Source: Macrostomum lignano (taxonomy: Eukaryota). From it: 64,000 nucleotides of DNA. The notes under the pieces are model-generated. The model was not told the origin of the DNA and ran no database searches. It saw only the letters and a list, made by a program, of their open reading frames with translations. The position numbers and the translations under genes are program-made. The stretch spans positions 1-64,000 of the forward strand of contig NIVC01002378.1 in the NCBI GenBank assembly GCA_002269645.1, in the 5' to 3' direction. Shown piece after piece: positions 61,227-64,000 of the stretch. How positions within the stretch are numbered: the stretch's first letter is position 1; each line of letters begins with the position of its first letter.

Positions 61227-64000
61227 AGCCTCCCTTCGTGATTAGCGGACACAGCCTCGCGATCGGTCTCACGAAGGCCTTGCCGGCCAGCTGCACTTTT
61301 GCAACTCGCACCCGTCCGTCCTTGCCTGGGAAGACTTCAAGCACTCTCGCCAGTGGCCAATGACCTCGCGGACTTTCGAGAGTTACGTGCATTACGACAT
61401 CGCCCGGCTGAAAATCAGGTTGCTCACGGCGCCATTTGCTTCTTGCTCCCAGTGACGGCAGCCATTCTCGAATCCACCGGTGCCAGAAGGCTGTTATCAA
61501 TCTTTGGACATGACGCCACCTCTTCGTCGGATTGAAGGCCTCTTCCTGATTCACCTCTGGTGCCAACTGACCGCCAACTTGTCCGTAGATGAAATGGGCC
61601 GGCGTTAGAGGGAGTTCGTCGCTAGGATGCACTGACTGATAGGTCAACGGTCTCGAATTGAGCAGCGACTCTGCTGCATTGAAGGCTGTGACTAATTCCT
61701 CATCACTAACTTCTGAATTCTTCAAAATTGCTTGGATTGCCTTTTTTGCTGCTTTAATCATGCTCTCGTGGACTCCTCCAAAGTGCGGCGCTGCCGGAGG
61801 ATTGAAATGCCACTTCAACTGCTCATGAGCTGTGCTCCGCTGCAGTTCCTTCTGGTCGATGGACTCGATCAACTCTCGAAGCTCCCGTTCGGCGCCGACA
61901 AAGTTCGTCCCGTTGTCCGAATAGATCTCTACCATGCGGCCTCGACGACTGATCATTCGAGACAGAGCGTTCAAAAACGAACTGGTATCTAGGCTGTAGG
62001 CCATTTCCAGATGCACAGCTCGCGTTGCCATGCACGTGAAGAGGGCGAGGTAACGCTTCTGTCTACTCTTTCCACGGCCTTGCTTAGTCAAAAATGGACC
62101 TCCGAAATCCACCGACACACAGGAAAACGCTTTGAGAGGTTCCTTCAGACGACTCTCTGGTAATGGCGCCATCACCTGCGTCGCTGGCTTGGCCTTTCTA
62201 CGCTTACATTCGAAGCACGAGTTTTCCCACTCTCGAATAGCTTCCCGAGCTCCAATGATCCAGAACCGACTTGAAAGATTCGCCAACGTTTGGTTGGTAC
62301 CAGAATGATACGCCTGCTCATGATAGAACTTGACTATTCTCGTTACAGGATGTTGTCGCGGCAGGATTATTGGTACTCTAGCCCTAGCCGGCAAAAATTC
62401 AGCAAACTGCAGTCGGCTATCTGCCCTCAGCACACCATCGGGGTCTATTCTGGGCTTTAGAGCACTCAACGGGCTATGGGCGGACAAGTGCCTGCCTTTC
62501 TTTAACGTCTGAATTTCGTTACCAAATACTTCAGTTTGAGATTCCTTGATAAATCGGTTCTCAGCCTCTTCGATCTCCATCGGCAACAATTCACCTTGAA
62601 CTCTGTTCTCTCTTGTTAGCGAACCGAGCCACCCAGGCTTGTATCCGGACGAGTCTCTTCCAACTAGAGAACCTGGCTGGGTTCAACCGGCTGACCGTCG
62701 ACGGACGTTCCTCCTGGACGCTAACAAACGTGCTTCGATCACTCGCCCGCTTCTCTTCCAAACTTGTCGGCTTTTCCAGCACCTTCGCCGGCCAATCACT
62801 CTCTTCCCGCTGCAGAAACCTTGGTCCATACCACCAGCTGTCAGTTTCCGTCAGTTGCTTCACTGAAGTCCCACGAGACAACGCGTCGGCTGGATTGACT
62901 TCGGTCGGGACATATCTCCACTGATCTGGATCTGTAACGGACTGAATCTCTCCTATGCGATTCGCTACGAAAGGCTTGAAGAATCTTCCTTTTCCTCTCA
63001 CCCAGTACAGAACATTCATGCTATCCGACCAGAAGAGAAACGTTTGGATGTCTTTTTTCAGCACCGAAGCTATCTTGACGGCCAGTTGAGCCCCGAGAAC
63101 AGCTGCCATGAGCTCTAGGCGTGGGATGCTGACCGTGGCCACAGGTGCGACTCGAGACTTGGCTGCTATCAACCGGACTGACTTCACCGTGCCGTGGTCG
63201 ACGTTTCTTAAGAAAGCGACAGCACCGTATGCCTTTTCAGACGCGTCCACAAAGACATGCACTGTGGATGTCATTCCCGAGGACGATTGCAGACAGCGGC
63301 TGACACAGACGTGTTCCAAGTCTCGCAGCTCCTCACACCATTTCTTAATCTTCGTCTGTAGCTCAGGCTCCGGCTCTTCATCCCAGTCTTAACCGCCGCA
63401 CCAAAGATCTTGCAGCAGTATCTTCGCTTCAACCGTGACTGGTGCGATGAAGCCTAGCGGATCAAACACGGACGCCAGAGTCTTGAGCAGCTCTCGTTTC
63501 GTAGTCGTCACTTTTCGCACCTGGTCTGACTTAAAAGTGAACTCGTCTTGTTCACTTTTCCATACTACACCCAGCGTCTTGATGGATGGCATCGGTGTCC
63601 CTTCCAACGTTACTTCGGCTACTCGATCTTCTGGTGGCACTTTGCTCAACAATTCTCGCGAATTGGACATCCATTTTCTGGGGTGCATGCCTGCACGCTC
63701 CCAGAGAGTCTTCAACTCTTGAAACAGCTGGATCGCCTCAGCCTCTGACCCGACCGAATCTAAACAATCGTCCATATAGGTGGAGTTGAGAACAGTGTCT
63801 GCAGCTAATGGCAGCTCTTCTTTCAGGCGTTCCGCATGCTCACGAACTACGAACTGAGCAAGAAACAGCGAGCTCGAGTTGCCGAAAACGATGCGGTTGA
63901 ACTCAAAAATTTGCACCGGCTTGTTGGAGTCCATATCACGCCACAGAAAGCTATGCGTCGGTCTGTCCTCCGGTGCCATTTCGATCTGGAGGTACATCTC
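61213..64000 (-). mobile_element. BEL/Pao LTR retrotransposon pol (RT, RNase H, integrase), continuing beyond the window; one in-frame stop and one frameshift
   Basis: YMDDCL; FDPLGFIAP; VFVDASEKAYGA...SIPRLEL...WSDS; HHCC zinc finger; DFGGP, YSDNGTNFVGA, GGVHES; RWIREWLPSL. Stop at 63389-63391 and frameshift near 62600. Confidence 0.95.

Noticed and set aside
63389-63391. Programmed stop readthrough in BEL pol
   Set aside because: The stop lies within the RT-RNase H connection rather than at a gag-pol or env boundary, so a point mutation is simpler.

Overview
This is eukaryotic (metazoan) genomic DNA. GC-rich CAG/GCG-repeat exons, minisatellite-filled introns and TTAGGG repeats suggest a flatworm such as Macrostomum, but that is an inference and not verified. 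Three conserved host genes lie co-oriented on the minus strand: IGBP1/alpha4/TAP42 (2 exons, 36451-33482), intronless CUEDC2 (31538-30585) and ZSWIM8 (11 coding exons, 26158-5788, about 1794 aa). ZSWIM8 and IGBP1 each carry a 1-nt deletion in a G run, probably a long-read consensus error. A class A GPCR exon (55.7-57.4 kb) is broken by a LINE insertion. The rest is repeats and mobile DNA: two Penelope-like elements with hammerhead motifs, two mariners, a solo LTR, a BEL/Pao pol, LINE, MULE and piggyBac remnants, two tRNA/CORE-like SINEs and many distinct minisatellites. Two structures stand out. (1) A TSD-bounded solo LTR whose 3' end carries two tandem 86-bp units, each beginning with a tRNA-Leu primer-binding site and ending in an LTR-like terminus. 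(2) An 8.27-kb head-to-tail composite of Helitron-like units whose exact removal restores a piggyBac reading frame. All family assignments come from recalled motifs and manual translation; no database searches were run.
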